A DNA stretch of 63,409 nucleotides, counting the filler, from Reticulomyxa filosa (Eukaryota > Protista > Foraminifera), in assembly GCA_000512085.1 (NCBI GenBank). It is 12 parts of 12 records of this genome, joined end to end, with 100 filler letters (N's around TTAATTAATTAA, not from the genome) between each part and the next. Parts side by side here need not be neighbours in the genome. Positions count along the whole stretch, not along the records: positions 1 to 8,934 come from ASPP01005531.1; positions 9,035 to 26,599 come from ASPP01020262.1; 10 more parts are not named here. The stretch is one strand, 5' to 3'. A program made the position numbers and the translations under genes. Shown in pieces: positions 1 through 12,000 of this stretch (position 1 is the stretch's first letter; the number at the start of each line of letters is the position of its first letter). The notes under the pieces are model-generated. The model was not told where the DNA came from. It saw only the letters and a program-made list of their open reading frames with translations, and did no database searches.

Positions 1-817
1 TTTTTTTTTTTTTTTTTTAATTAAAAAGAAAAATTCCATGACAAATTTCTTTTCCCTCCTTTCACTTTTTCTTTAGTCCTCTTCGAAACAATCATGCCTT
101 AGCAGTCCAGCATATTCTCCTGCAACTACAATGTCATCTTCCTGAAATGTTACTGTTTTATATTGGTAATTGCTTCCGTCCAAGTGGTACGTCAGTTGCA
201 CACCTAACCCGCTCAATTTTTCCACATCCACTAGTGTCCCTTTGGACTCTTCACTCAATGCATGTATAAAATCCAACATTTTGCGCTGTTCAAATCGTAA
301 CTGAAAAATTTCAAAACGCAACAAAATCTTTCTCTTTGCTTACCCTTTTTCTAAAAAAAAGAAGTACAACTTTGGACGTACATTTTAAATTCCAGGACTT
401 TCAAACTTACAAAATTGCATCCAGTCATCTTTTAGACGGATTTTGCCTTGGATTGATGACAAAGTGACTTGAATATTTTGAAGGATGAAACGATCGAAGT
501 GTAACCCAAAAAAAATATCATAGTGGCTATCTACCTCTCTTGCACTACTAATCGCAACACACCGATTTGTGTTGGCAAAGATAAAGCAATGAATATGAAA
601 TGCTAATAACAATTGATAACATTTGTCATTCAAACATTTTCTATCATTATTTGGGCATTTTAATACTCTAATTTATGAAAGTTGACTTTGTTTTAAATTT
701 ATACTTCTTTTATTCTTTCAAATTTAGATTTTGGCATCATATTTTAAAATTTGAAATACTTTCGAAAAATACTATATTATTATCAATCTTGTTGAATACA
801 TAACTTAGGTACTACAC

Positions 818-1042
818 TGTCGTTTCCTCTGACCGTCAAAGGACAAGACCTAGCAAGGAAAGAAAATTCTGTTTGACTTAGAAAGATTGTAAGAAAAAGT
901 TTTATATTATGCTTTCAATTTGTATTAATTCCATTTTATTAAAATAGCTTCAAAGGACAAAAAAGCACATTAGGTAAGGCTTGTGAGTTACATGTCAGTC
1001 AAAGACAAAATCAGTCTGACAATTCTCAGGTCAGTGGCGACA
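818..1042. mobile_element. 225-bp solo-LTR-like or short inverted-end insertion
   Basis: Starts TGTCG..CTGACC and ends GGTCAG..CGACA (TG...CA, imperfect inverted termini); ACACTGT occurs at both junctions; no clean TSD. Confidence 0.45.
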
Positions 1043-1049
1043 CTGTGGA

Positions 1050-3230
1050 GGCATAGACTCTGAAACGTGACCAAAGTATTGAATCCACGCAGCACGACCA
1101 ATATCAAATCATTTTTCATATTCGCTTAAATTTTTGGGTTCCACAATCTTCTAAAAAGCACCTTTTTTCGAATGCATGGAATAAATGGAAGCCAAAAGTC
1201 TAATGCGTCATCAAGGTTCCGTCCAAGACATATATAAGATGAATTCAATAAATAAACAATAAATCATTGGTAACTGTTCATTTTCAGTACTTGGCTATTT
1301 CACAGACAAAGGATAATGCCGCTCAAATTCTTGTACTGACTCAAATCAATGAGTCTCTTAGTCAGCATGTTGCGCAACAATAGTCATTTAATGTTTGGAG
1401 AAAGTTGTAATGTCACTCTGTTTTCAATATCTTTCACTTCTGTGGCGATACGTCCGCTTGAATACTGACAAAAAATGCAAGTAAATTTGGATATACGCTT
1501 AAAATTGTGTTTATAATTTCAGCTTCTTCCTTTCTGGCTGTCAAGTCAATATTTAATTTTGTTCTTTTCTCACTTTCCAGAGTCACATAACGTACATGTT
1601 TCGATATTTCAAAAAGATGCTCGACATCAACTGTACTTGTACGTTTTTTGGCAAATGTTATGCCAGTAATGCTTAAATACGAAAACGTGGCATATTTATT
1701 GCATTGATCCATTGGATTTTCTTGGCAAAAAATAGTCCTGGCAATGGCAAATGAAACAGATTTGCAAAGGAAGGATATTGGCTTATCTTAAAATGGGCGT
1801 TATATATTTGATGGTAGTGATTGGACGGATTACACCTTTCTAGAATCTTGGATATTGCTACAAGTCCTTTTTATTCTCGCTTTTGTTGTATTAATTTTAT
1901 TACAAACACTGTTTCACTTTTCTAAAAAAAATAAAAAATGAACGCTTACTATATTTTATTGCTAAGTTGAAAAATTAATCTTAAGCAAAGACATAAGATC
2001 TTTTCTTTGATATTCGCCGTCACTTCTCAACATATCGTATATATTCCATCTATCAACAGCCACATTTTTTGGTATCATAGCAAATGTCAATGTTTGTGGG
2101 AAGTACTATCTCTTTTTTTGATATTTGAAAATCAATAAATGACCAAATACAATATATTGCACTATTCAAGCTGCTCACTCCATCTTTACAAATTTGTGAA
2201 GATTCATACATTGACCCAATCAATTTCATCATTTGTATCTTCTTCATCATTTTTTTGGTCAAGAGAGACTATTTGTTCGTTGCTACTGTCCATGATAAAT
2301 CCAGTTATCTTAAATATATTTTTATCTTTTTCCTCATCGACTTGACTCATTACACTTTCAATAAATACTCTATCCTCACATATAAGACGTGATCAAACAA
2401 AAATTGAACTTGTTCAAAGGCATTTTTTGTTTTCATCGTGGAAATATATCCCAGGTTAATCCATTTGCGTAATTTTGTTACAGCTTTTCAATGATTTTTT
2501 CCAATTACCTAATTAATTTCATCATTTTTTTCTAGTGATAGGACGAACAAATCGAAAATCAATTGTGACAAAAAAAAATTAAAAATTACATTAAAAATCA
2601 AAACAATCACTATGATTATCGTTAATATTTAATCCGAGAATCTTATCATTGTCATTTTCTGTGATACGAAAGGTCATACGATCGGTGTTTACCCCATTTA
2701 CTGAATCAGTTACAGAAGGAAGTTGCTCGACATACATGAGTTCTTCTAAATCTGATGATATCTGTAATCAAGTTTAATCTTACATATCATTTGAACAAAG
2801 AATTGAGATTGCCTTTGATACTCAGCATTTGTTAAAATATCACATCGTGCATATGGCAAACATAAAATAGAGGAATAATCAATAAAGCCGTGATTTTTTC
2901 CAATTTACATTCCATCTCTTCAACAATTGAATCATGGTGTTCGTTTTACCTCTCCTTAAACTTTGAATTTGGATCAAATAATGACCGATACAAGAGACAA
3001 GGATTTTTTTTACAATGCCTCATAGTGCTGTCGCACCGTAATCACTGACTCCCAATCTTCGAAGGCTTTACCAAGGAATTCGTATTATCAAAGAGTCTGC
3101 AATATTATTAAATTCTGTCTAATTTTTTTTTTCCAATATCACTATCAATAGTGATTGAGACTTGCTTTTCGGGATGATCAATACTTATTCACAAATACTC
3201 CTTGTGTTTGTACGTCCAATCAAACATTCG
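1050..3230 (-). pseudogene. Degenerate coding region of unknown family
   Basis: ORF 1434-1712 continues after a frameshift as EVKDIENRVTLQLSPNIK*LLLRNMLTKRLIDLSQYKNLSGIILCL* with in-frame stops; similar broken protein-like text lies upstream; boundaries approximate. Confidence 0.35.
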
Positions 3231-3931
3231 TGGCTCTCTCAAAAATAATGCATACTATCATTTTTTATTAGTTTTGATTTTTTTCTTTTTTGTTTTTTTT
3301 GCTTAACAAAAAGAAGATTTGAAACGCACAGCAGCCGAAATGAACGCGAAAGTAAAGGCACTCAATGCCATGAGTTTAAATTCGAGAAAATATGAAAAAG
3401 GACATTCGTTGGCAAAATTTCGTCAACAGATGACGTCCGTAAATATGTACAATACAGTTTTTCTCTGATAGATTTAAACTCATTTTTATTTTCGTCTTCT
3501 TTTTTCGTGTTTTGTCAAAACTTCGACTTCACACAATCCGCTCAACTATATCAATGCTTCCTATAAGCCTCTGGTAGCTTTTGCCACACGTTCCACATGT
3601 TGATATCATATAAATAAGAGCCAGTCATCCAGGATTTCATTAAAAGAAGTTCACTCAACAAAACTTTTCCTTTTAATTTCTTAAAGTAAAATACTATTTT
3701 TTTTTTTCCTTTGACAAATAGCAAAATTAATAAAAATTGCCTTTTTTTACAAATTATAAAAATAGTAGAAAATAACGTTGTAATTATCACTTTGGTTATT
3801 GATGTTTAGCACATTAATTTTAAAGTCAGACAAATATGTAATGCTTTTTGAATTGCCAAGGGTGAGAATGTCACTGAAGACTTTATATAGTTTCAAGTTA
3901 AATATTGTTTAAAAAAATAAACAAAAAAACA

Positions 3932-4848
3932 TTATCTCATGGAAAGTTTATCTTTGACTTCGTTCACAATAACACGCACATTGTCATATTTCTATTGTTT
4001 TATGTTGCACCAATCATTAAAAAAAAATAAATAGAACTTTTTTAAAAAATTAACTTTGAAGTTCTTAATTACTTCAAAAACTTGAACTTCGCTCGTACGT
4101 TTTGCATCGTCAAAGTTGACAGCGAAGCGATCGTAGGTCTTGACAGGACGATACATGGCTTGAATGGATTCATCAACGCATTGCTTAACATATCTAGGAA
4201 ACTCTTCGCTACTTAGGAGCATAGTGGTGTTTTGGTCATGTTTTTGCAATTCCAAGTGTCGTTTCCATTGAATATAAGCATTGTAAGCATTTTTATGAAA
4301 ACAATAGGTTCGATTGTCCCAATAGCTGGTCTCATACAAAACGTTTTTGAGATATAACAATACATCACGAGAAGGACATTTTGGATCTTCGCATTGGATT
4401 GATGGGTTCCATGTTTGAAATTTGGCGCGCAAATTCAGTTCCATTGTCAGAGGATCCACTAAAGGATGGAATATCGGAGTACAAAAGATAATTTGAGGCG
4501 GCTTTTCAGGATATCTATTTTATTTTGCAATATTACGGAATTATAGCGAATCGGACTTATAAGTGACAAAAAAAAAAAAGGGTTAGTAACTGCAGCGGGA
4601 ACGAGAGGACAAATTTGAAAACACCTGACACATAAAATCCTTGATGAGGAAATATAACACCGTGCCACTCGCGTACATTATCTGCGCTTGGTACAATGTA
4701 AATGCCTGAAATTGGTTTCTCAATTAAAACTTTGCTGTAGTATAGTGTTGTTGTGTGTCGACACAAGCCCAAGCTATTTTAATTAAAGTTTACTGAACTA
4801 CTCAATGATAAAGCGCAGATTCTTGATTTCATCGACAGAACGTGCCAT
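3932..4848 (-). CDS. AKTIP: AKTIP/Fused toes/crossbronx-like ubiquitin-conjugating enzyme variant (4 exons)
   Basis: Spliced product MARSVDEIKNLRFIIEYKVLIEKPISGIYIVPS..WHGVIFPHQGFYVSGVFKF..YPEKPPQIIFCTPIFHPLVDPLTMELNL; UBC fold with no catalytic Cys; GT-AG introns restore the frame. Confidence 0.85.
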
Positions 4849-5388
4849 TTGTCGAATGTATTGTTGGTCAAATATAGAAAAATCAAACAAACAACAACGT
4901 TCAAGTGAACGCACATTTTTGTTTTTTTGTTGAAGTTAGAAAAGAAAAAAAAAAGTGTGCATGAAAATTTATAAAAGGTAAGTGAGCAATGACATAATGA
5001 GATTTGTCACTACCTGAATAATAGTGACATACAATTAATAGATTTGATGATTTTTCTGTCTCGTTCTTCAAACGTTAGATCAGACCAATGAGGGATCCAG
5101 CCAGATTAAGAGTCTGGTCTATTTTTTTCACTTGGCAAAATCTTTTTTGTCAAATCGGAAAAAGAGCATCTTATGAACAAATTTTTTGATGCTTTTTGCG
5201 AGGATGCATGTAGAATTTTGTTTGTGTATCAAAACAAATGCGACATATCTCCATAACTGATTCAAATGCAAAAATTTTTTCTTTGCACAAAAAGAAAATC
5301 AATGTCGAAATTGTTTTTCATTTTGACAGAAATTAAGATAAAACAATTAATGCTTAGTCATTGCAAAGCCAAGCATCCTAGGAAAATA

Positions 5389-8300
5389 TTAAAACGTTTG
5401 AATAAAATCATTTAATTCACGAAATTGTTGTTTTGTACCTCGAAGAGTGGTGTTCATTTGCTCAATTCGTGCAACACGTGCAGTATGTGAAGCAGCATTT
5501 TTTACAATTTTGAGTTCGGCTTCTTGCAACTGTCGCGTCTTAGTTTGTGGTTGCGGATAAAATCCTTTCAGCATTAAGACTTTTTTTTCTACTTCATCTT
5601 TTGTTTTTTTCGCTGGGAATTCAAACCAGTCAATGATTTGCGATGTTTTGTTGGCAGAGTTCCACATTTCAGGAGGATGTTTTGCTGTGGAATAAGCATT
5701 AATTTTTCCTTGTTTGACAGCTGGGGTAAAGTTGCCACCACTGCAGTCGTACTTTTCAAATAAATCAATAGGTTTTGCAGTTGCTAAACCAAGAGGCACT
5801 TCAGACCCTGTTTTTTTTTTTTTTTTTTTTTGTGAATGATAACATTGGGGAAGGACCATCAACAAAAATTTGTGTAAATTGAAACGGTTGTGTCCTTTGA
5901 CTTTTTTGAAAAAGGAAAAAAAAACAAACAAGAAGCCAAATCTCTGGAATAAAGTTTTTGGAAAGGATGATAGCTTTGTGATGTGCACGTAAGTTCAAAT
6001 AGACACGATGCGCGAGCATTTGCGTGATCTGGATGTTGTGCCAATGGATCAAAGGTCTGATCAAATCCACCTCCGTGTTCCAACATCGCATTTAATCGCG
6101 AGTCACTTCGGATCAATTTCCTTGCCATGTGCAACGCTGGCAGACTCCACTGAGGAGGTAAGTGGCAGGCAATGGTTGTCAGTCGCTTGACGAACGCGGC
6201 TGTTCGGTCGATAGGTACGTGATGAGAGCGACCAAACATAAGATCTAAGCAAGTAAATACCAAGCGCAAGTACGTCCAATTTTCAGGATAAATTACTTTC
6301 AAAAGCGTCTGATAGATTGTGGAATAATGTTCTTTTATATCCTGTGGAATATATAGAATAGTTGTGTGCATACTTTATAATAATAAATAATCTCCTTTAT
6401 GTTCTTATAAAAGATACAAAAAAAAAAAACAAACCATATCGACGGACGAGCCTCTTCCACCCAAACACCGGAATGTGGTGATGACGCAATGCAATTTACA
6501 ATCCAAAGACATGGTGTCTTTTTCGTTGGCCAACTTTTCGCTGACGACGGCGACTAAGTCGAGCAACAATTCCACATTGATCAAATGACAGTACTTGGAC
6601 ATTCCTTCCAACGCCACTGGTAACAATGTGCGATGCACGTCCACTTTTAACACATAAAAGTATACTGCAAATAGATTGTCGATTATCACTTTTTGTCTCT
6701 CGTACTCGCGTTTTTTGTCGATGTCTCCGTCTAGTTCTTTTAAATCCTTACTTGCGAGTTTTTCCAATTTTTTCTCTTGTTTGTTCTGTTTTGTTGTGTG
6801 CATGCACGTATGTGTGTATGTTTTTTTTTAAAAAAAAAAAAAAAGAAATGGAATATGCGCAGGTAACAGTATATTGAAAATGAGAAAGACCAATGATGGA
6901 AAAAACAAAAATAGCAATGGAATTTACCTTGGTTGGCTTTTCTTCCTCCTCGCTCTTGTCTTTGCGATCAGGTGGTTCCAAGTGCTTCATGGACAGTCCC
7001 ATCAATGACCCGATCATCTCTGGAAAGACGTCGAAATTACGCTGCTCAATTTTTTTGGTGATTAAACGGACACACTCTACCGTCACATTCGAAATGGGCG
7101 TTTGCGAGAGAACATGGGACATGGCATCACATATTTTTTTACGAACGTCTTCATCCGCGGAATTCATTAACGGGATACAATGTTGAATCAAGTCTGTGTA
7201 CGTCACCCATTTTTGTTGTTTATCATAAAATAACACAATAATAATAATAATAATTTTACAAATACAATATGTATATGTATGTAACCTTTGGCACAGTTAA
7301 TAACATTGGAACATTTTTCCAAAAAAAGACTGAGACATTTTGCAGCGCATCTGCCAATAATAAATCGTTTTGGATTTTCGCGTTCGGTTTTTTTCTTTGT
7401 CTAATGTTTACAAAAAGATTGCATTTTGTTTGTATCATAGCTCTCCACAAACAAATGGCGGACATAGAGAAGGTCAACTTGCGCATGAAATATCCTCGAA
7501 TACTTGAACAAATCAAACAAGAAATTGCGATATACTTTGAGTACAACAGTTTCAAATTGTTTTACTTGTTCATTTTCTTTCTTCAGCGCCGAGACCTCCG
7601 CGAACGTACCAATTTTGTACTGTGGCATGATGTCCGACAACAAGCGAGTCAATGATAACATTGCATATTGTACAACTTCAATGTCGTTATCTTTCGACAA
7701 GCCGAATAATAATTTTAACATTGCTACCTGAACATGATCAAAAAAAAAAAAAAAAAAAAAAAAGGGAAGGAGAAGAGAATGACTCCTGGTATCCATTTGT
7801 ATATACACTCTCTCACATCTTTTGTTTTTTTTCCTATTTTAAGCAAAAGATACAAATACATATACATATGTATATGCATATATGATAATTTAATTAACGT
7901 GAGCATAAGGATCCTCGGACATTTTCTCGCAAATACTGGCCATCTCTAACTTTAACTTGCTTGCTCGTAATTTCTTTTGAGCCAACCATTCTTCTGGATC
8001 AGGTAGCTCTTCGTTGGCCTCCGTGTTCTCTTCTGAATCAGACTGGTTGGCCATTGACTCATCTTCTTCAATTGCGTTGACTTTTTCATTCGAAGCTCCA
8101 TCTCCATCAGCGTTCGCTTTCGAGTCCAATCCAATTTCCATATAATCCGCCACCATATCTTCATTCATTGCGTCCAACACATCGCTCATCGCCACGTCTT
8201 TATTCACAATCTCCTCCTCTTCCGGCAATGACGTCTTTGCATGTGCATTCGATGCGGTCCATTCACCTGAGCGTGATGACACTACTGGCATTTTTTGCTA

Positions 8301-8934
8301 CAATTTGATTAACAATTGCAAAAAAAAAAAAAAAAAAACGGGGGCTTGTAGTGATCAATGTAAAAAAAAATTTTACCATAGTGTGTAATTTTGACTTGAC
8401 GCAACACAATAATAATAGCAATTTAAAAAAAAAAAATCAATGATGGAGATTGGAAGAGGAAAAAAGTATAAACTTTGGTGTCGTTCCAAGAAAATGGTTT
8501 TCGATTTATTTCATGCAATGCGTTGAACTCATCGTTCTCATGCTCGCCATCATGTTCATCTTCCGTATCTGATTCGACGCGGTCGTAGGTCGAAAAATCA
8601 ATCATGTCCGATGCTTTGCTCTCTTTTTCTGAGGGCTTTTTCGATCCGTTAGTCACTGGCTTGTTGGCCTTGCTGCTCTTTGATTTTTTGTTGCGATCAG
8701 ATACTCGTTGCTTATTCGATTGAAATTTTTGCCAACTCCATTTATTTAGTGTCATTTCTGCATTCGCATGAATCTTTTCCGTTTCGTCAGCTCCCTTTTT
8801 TGCTTTGGTCTTTTTTGTTTTGTTGTTTGCCTCGTCAATTTTTATGCACTTCTTACAATTATATAGAGCTTTTTGTTTTTAAACAGTTTTGTAACTCTTT
8901 GCTTTTTTATTTTTTTAGGGGTTTTTTGAGATCT
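5389..8934 (-). CDS. NOC3: Nucleolar complex protein 3 (NOC3, CBF domain), multi-exon, 5' end truncated by the contig edge
   Basis: LLSDIMPQYKI, LLPVALEGMSKYCHLINVE, RTAAFVKRL and FDPLAQHPDHANA..LFEL..SYHP match NOC3/CBF motifs. Confidence 0.85.
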
Positions 8935-9034
8935 NNNNNNNNNNNNNNNNNNNNNNNNNNNNNNNNNNNNNNNNNNNNTTAATTAATTAANNNNNNNNNN
9001 NNNNNNNNNNNNNNNNNNNNNNNNNNNNNNNNNN
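8935..9034. other. Artificial contig spacer N44-TTAATTAATTAA-N44 (first of 11; others at 26600-26699, 29323-29422, 33533-33632, 38434-38533, 40973-41072, 49487-49586, 50786-50885, 56138-56237, 58717-58816, 62153-62252)
   Basis: Identical 100-nt N-padded linker with stops in all six frames; genes are cut off at its edges. Confidence 0.98.
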
Positions 9035-9092
9035 TTTTTTTTTTTTTTTTTTTTTTGTATTTGTACCCTCGCCAATCCTCTTTTGCCTGCAG

Positions 9093-12000
9093 TATGAACA
9101 ACGAGGTGAACCTCTGAGCGAAGAAAAAGTTCAAGAGTATGAAGAATTTAGAAAGACCATTGGAGAGGGTGTCGAACTGGATTATTTCTGCCAAAATCGT
9201 TGGAAAGCTAAGTCAAAATACCCACATACACGCACACACATTTGACTTTGTTTGTATGTAATCAGCAAATAATTGAAGCCAATGTATTGGTTTTGTTTTA
9301 TACAACAATGTGTGAATATCACAGATGGGCACAGTTCGTCATATTCGACAAGAAGAAGTATCGAGTGGAAAGTATGAAACAATAATGGACATAGTCTGCA
9401 GTGCTGGTGTAAGACGAGCTGATCGAATGAATCGTCGGAACACCAATGATGCGGGTGGCCTGTTCGTAGACTCATGTACTTTTGAGCCCAAGGAATACTG
9501 CAAATTTGCTCCTCCGGGAACACAGCTGAAAAAATTTCATCCATTTTTATCTAAATGGAGGGCCGGGCTGACATTAAACTCACAATGTGACTGTTTGGAC
9601 AGTGTGGACAAATGGTACACATGTCACGTCATCGATGCGGATGAAAACGCCAATCGAATTCGAGTCAATTATGACGAGTGGAGTAGTAAATATGACGAAT
9701 GGATTTTCAAGTTAAGATTGAGAGAGAGAGAGAGGAAAAGGGAGGAAAGAACCAAACAAGTTGTTATATATGTATACATATGTATATACATATAAATACA
9801 TATAAATACATATATACACATATATGACTCAAAAGTCTATATCATGTCATGTAAACATCTGTGTGACCTTGGGACTGACAGAGACGATCCTCGCATTCAA
9901 AAGTTGTTAAGTCAAGCTACGGGTGGAAAATCCAGTGGAGGTATTTTTCGCTTGTTGTCGGAATTGGGACCCGCTGTTGATGATGAAGACGATCCCATCG
10001 ATGAGAATGTCTTTGCTGTTTATCGAGTTATTGATTTGTATATATCTGTCCTTTTATTCTTATTTTTTTTATTTTTTATTTTTAAATTGCTGTAAAAATG
10101 TCACGAAAAAACTTAATACACACATTCAGGGAAACCTAGGGGATACGTCATTTCATTTGGTGGCCGTATTGAATGAGTTTGGACGAGCCGGAGGCTTTGA
10201 TGCGTTTGTGCGGCGCTTAGTCAATCACAGGCCTAACATGCCTGTGAAAAATATGCGACATATATTGTCTGCCCTGTCAAAATCCGTAAAGACATTGACA
10301 CGACGTGCTTATCGCCAATTCATTTTGGACGTGGAATCACACGTATGGAATTCTCTCGAATCGATGACTGACGTCGAACTACGTGAATTGAAAAAAGATA
10401 TTTTAAACCCCATCGTCCAAGCCATGGACATCTTATTGCAACGAGAGAAATCCGAAAAAGAAATTGCTCAAATTACGGAAACCTTTCAATTGACAATGGG
10501 TTTGTTTTTATTGAATTTCCCTTTAAGCTCTTTTCATGTTCAAATCATTTGCTACTGCGTTTAATGTTGTCATTTTTGTTATTTTGAAAATAAGACGCGC
10601 TTTTTTTTTTTTTTTTTTTTTATATTCCAAACAGCACTGCGGCGTTTGACTTCTCAAAACATTGAGCGACGTGTGAATGGTGTGCAACACATTGTTGATA
10701 TTTGTTCATGGGCGGGAAAAAGCTATTCACCTCACGCGCTGAAATTTATAACGTCAAAATACTTATTAAAATGGATCGAAGAGAACAAATTACTAGAAAT
10801 ACTTTTTGGACCCAAATCTCATCCACAATTGATGAAACAAGCAACTGACATACTGAAATTTATTTCCATGGAAGGGGGCTTGACTCTTGGCCACTTGTCC
10901 ATCATCTGGGGGGCTCTGGAAGTATTTTAATATATCTACATTTATATTTTATATGTAAATAATCATTCACATATGTGTGTATTGAATGGAAAATAATGAA
11001 TGAGAAAAAAACAAAACAAAACAAAAATCAACAGAGAGCCGCAAGCAAATTGGATGATGTCGACAATGAATTGCAAACATTGTGTAAAATAATTGACGAC
11101 ATTGCTTACCACTTGACGAATGAACACTTTGAGTTTTTGTTTAAGAAATTTGAGGGGATATCCTTGAAAGAGTTGACAACACATCACTTGCAATTGATGA
11201 AAGAACTCGGAAGACACTCTTACAAACACACAATTGCAAATGACCCGACCGAACGAGTCGTCAATGTCTTATGGAATGTCGTACAAGACGACAGTAGTGT
11301 AGATGACAAATTAGTAAACGAGGCCAAAAACCTATTGAAAGATGTGTTGAATTTGTATTATTCCAGAGAACTTCGCTTGCCGACTTTAATGAAATGTGCC
11401 AGCAATTTGACCGAACACAAATCAGTGGTATCATCACTGCAAATTTTGGAGAAAATACTTGAGCTATATCCAACCTCAGCCACTGCCACTGATGATATGG
11501 ATCGATGGACAGTTGTTGAACATTTGAACTCGGAATTTAAATTGATACAAAATTTTTTTGAAGACATAAATTACTTCAAAGAGAAAGCACATGCAAAAGC
11601 CAAAGAATTGCGCAAAGTTTGTGAGTCTGACACGGAATACTTTGCAATGATCAATCAAATGAAGTGTATCAATGGGGCCCGATTTACATTTTTGGATGAG
11701 ATTAAAGAACGATTAAGCTTTTTGGACTGTATTTTGGAACAATCTCACATTCGTTTGAAGAAACAGCACATTGACATAATATGGGATGCAATGATTGTCA
11801 ACTGTCTCACACCCGAAGAAAGAGAGGAGGCATTCAAATGGTTCCGAAAAATGATGGTTGGAAATCGATACAAATCCTTGGACGATGATATCCCTGAACA
11901 TTTATTCATTCAAAAGTTTTTGAAGGACATCACTGCAGAATCAATGTCCTCATCTGCCTATGACTCGTTTGAACGATTTTTTTTGTTTGTGAACCGAACC

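Noticed and set aside
73-633. Short minus-strand ORFs at the window start
   Set aside because: No recognisable motif; may be exon or pseudogene fragments but cannot be assigned
1240-1400. Three in-frame TGA codons suggesting UGA recoding
   Set aside because: The region also has frameshifts, and intact genes here end in TGA (18546, 36326, 37095) and use TGG for Trp; pseudogene decay explains it
5086-5110. SECIS-like ATGA...GA in a hairpin
   Set aside because: The spacing is too short, there is no apical AA loop and no selenoprotein gene lies upstream on that strand
8979-8990. TTAATTAATTAA palindrome recurring 11 times, like a repeat array or recombination site
   Set aside because: Always centred in N44 padding; it is an artificial contig linker
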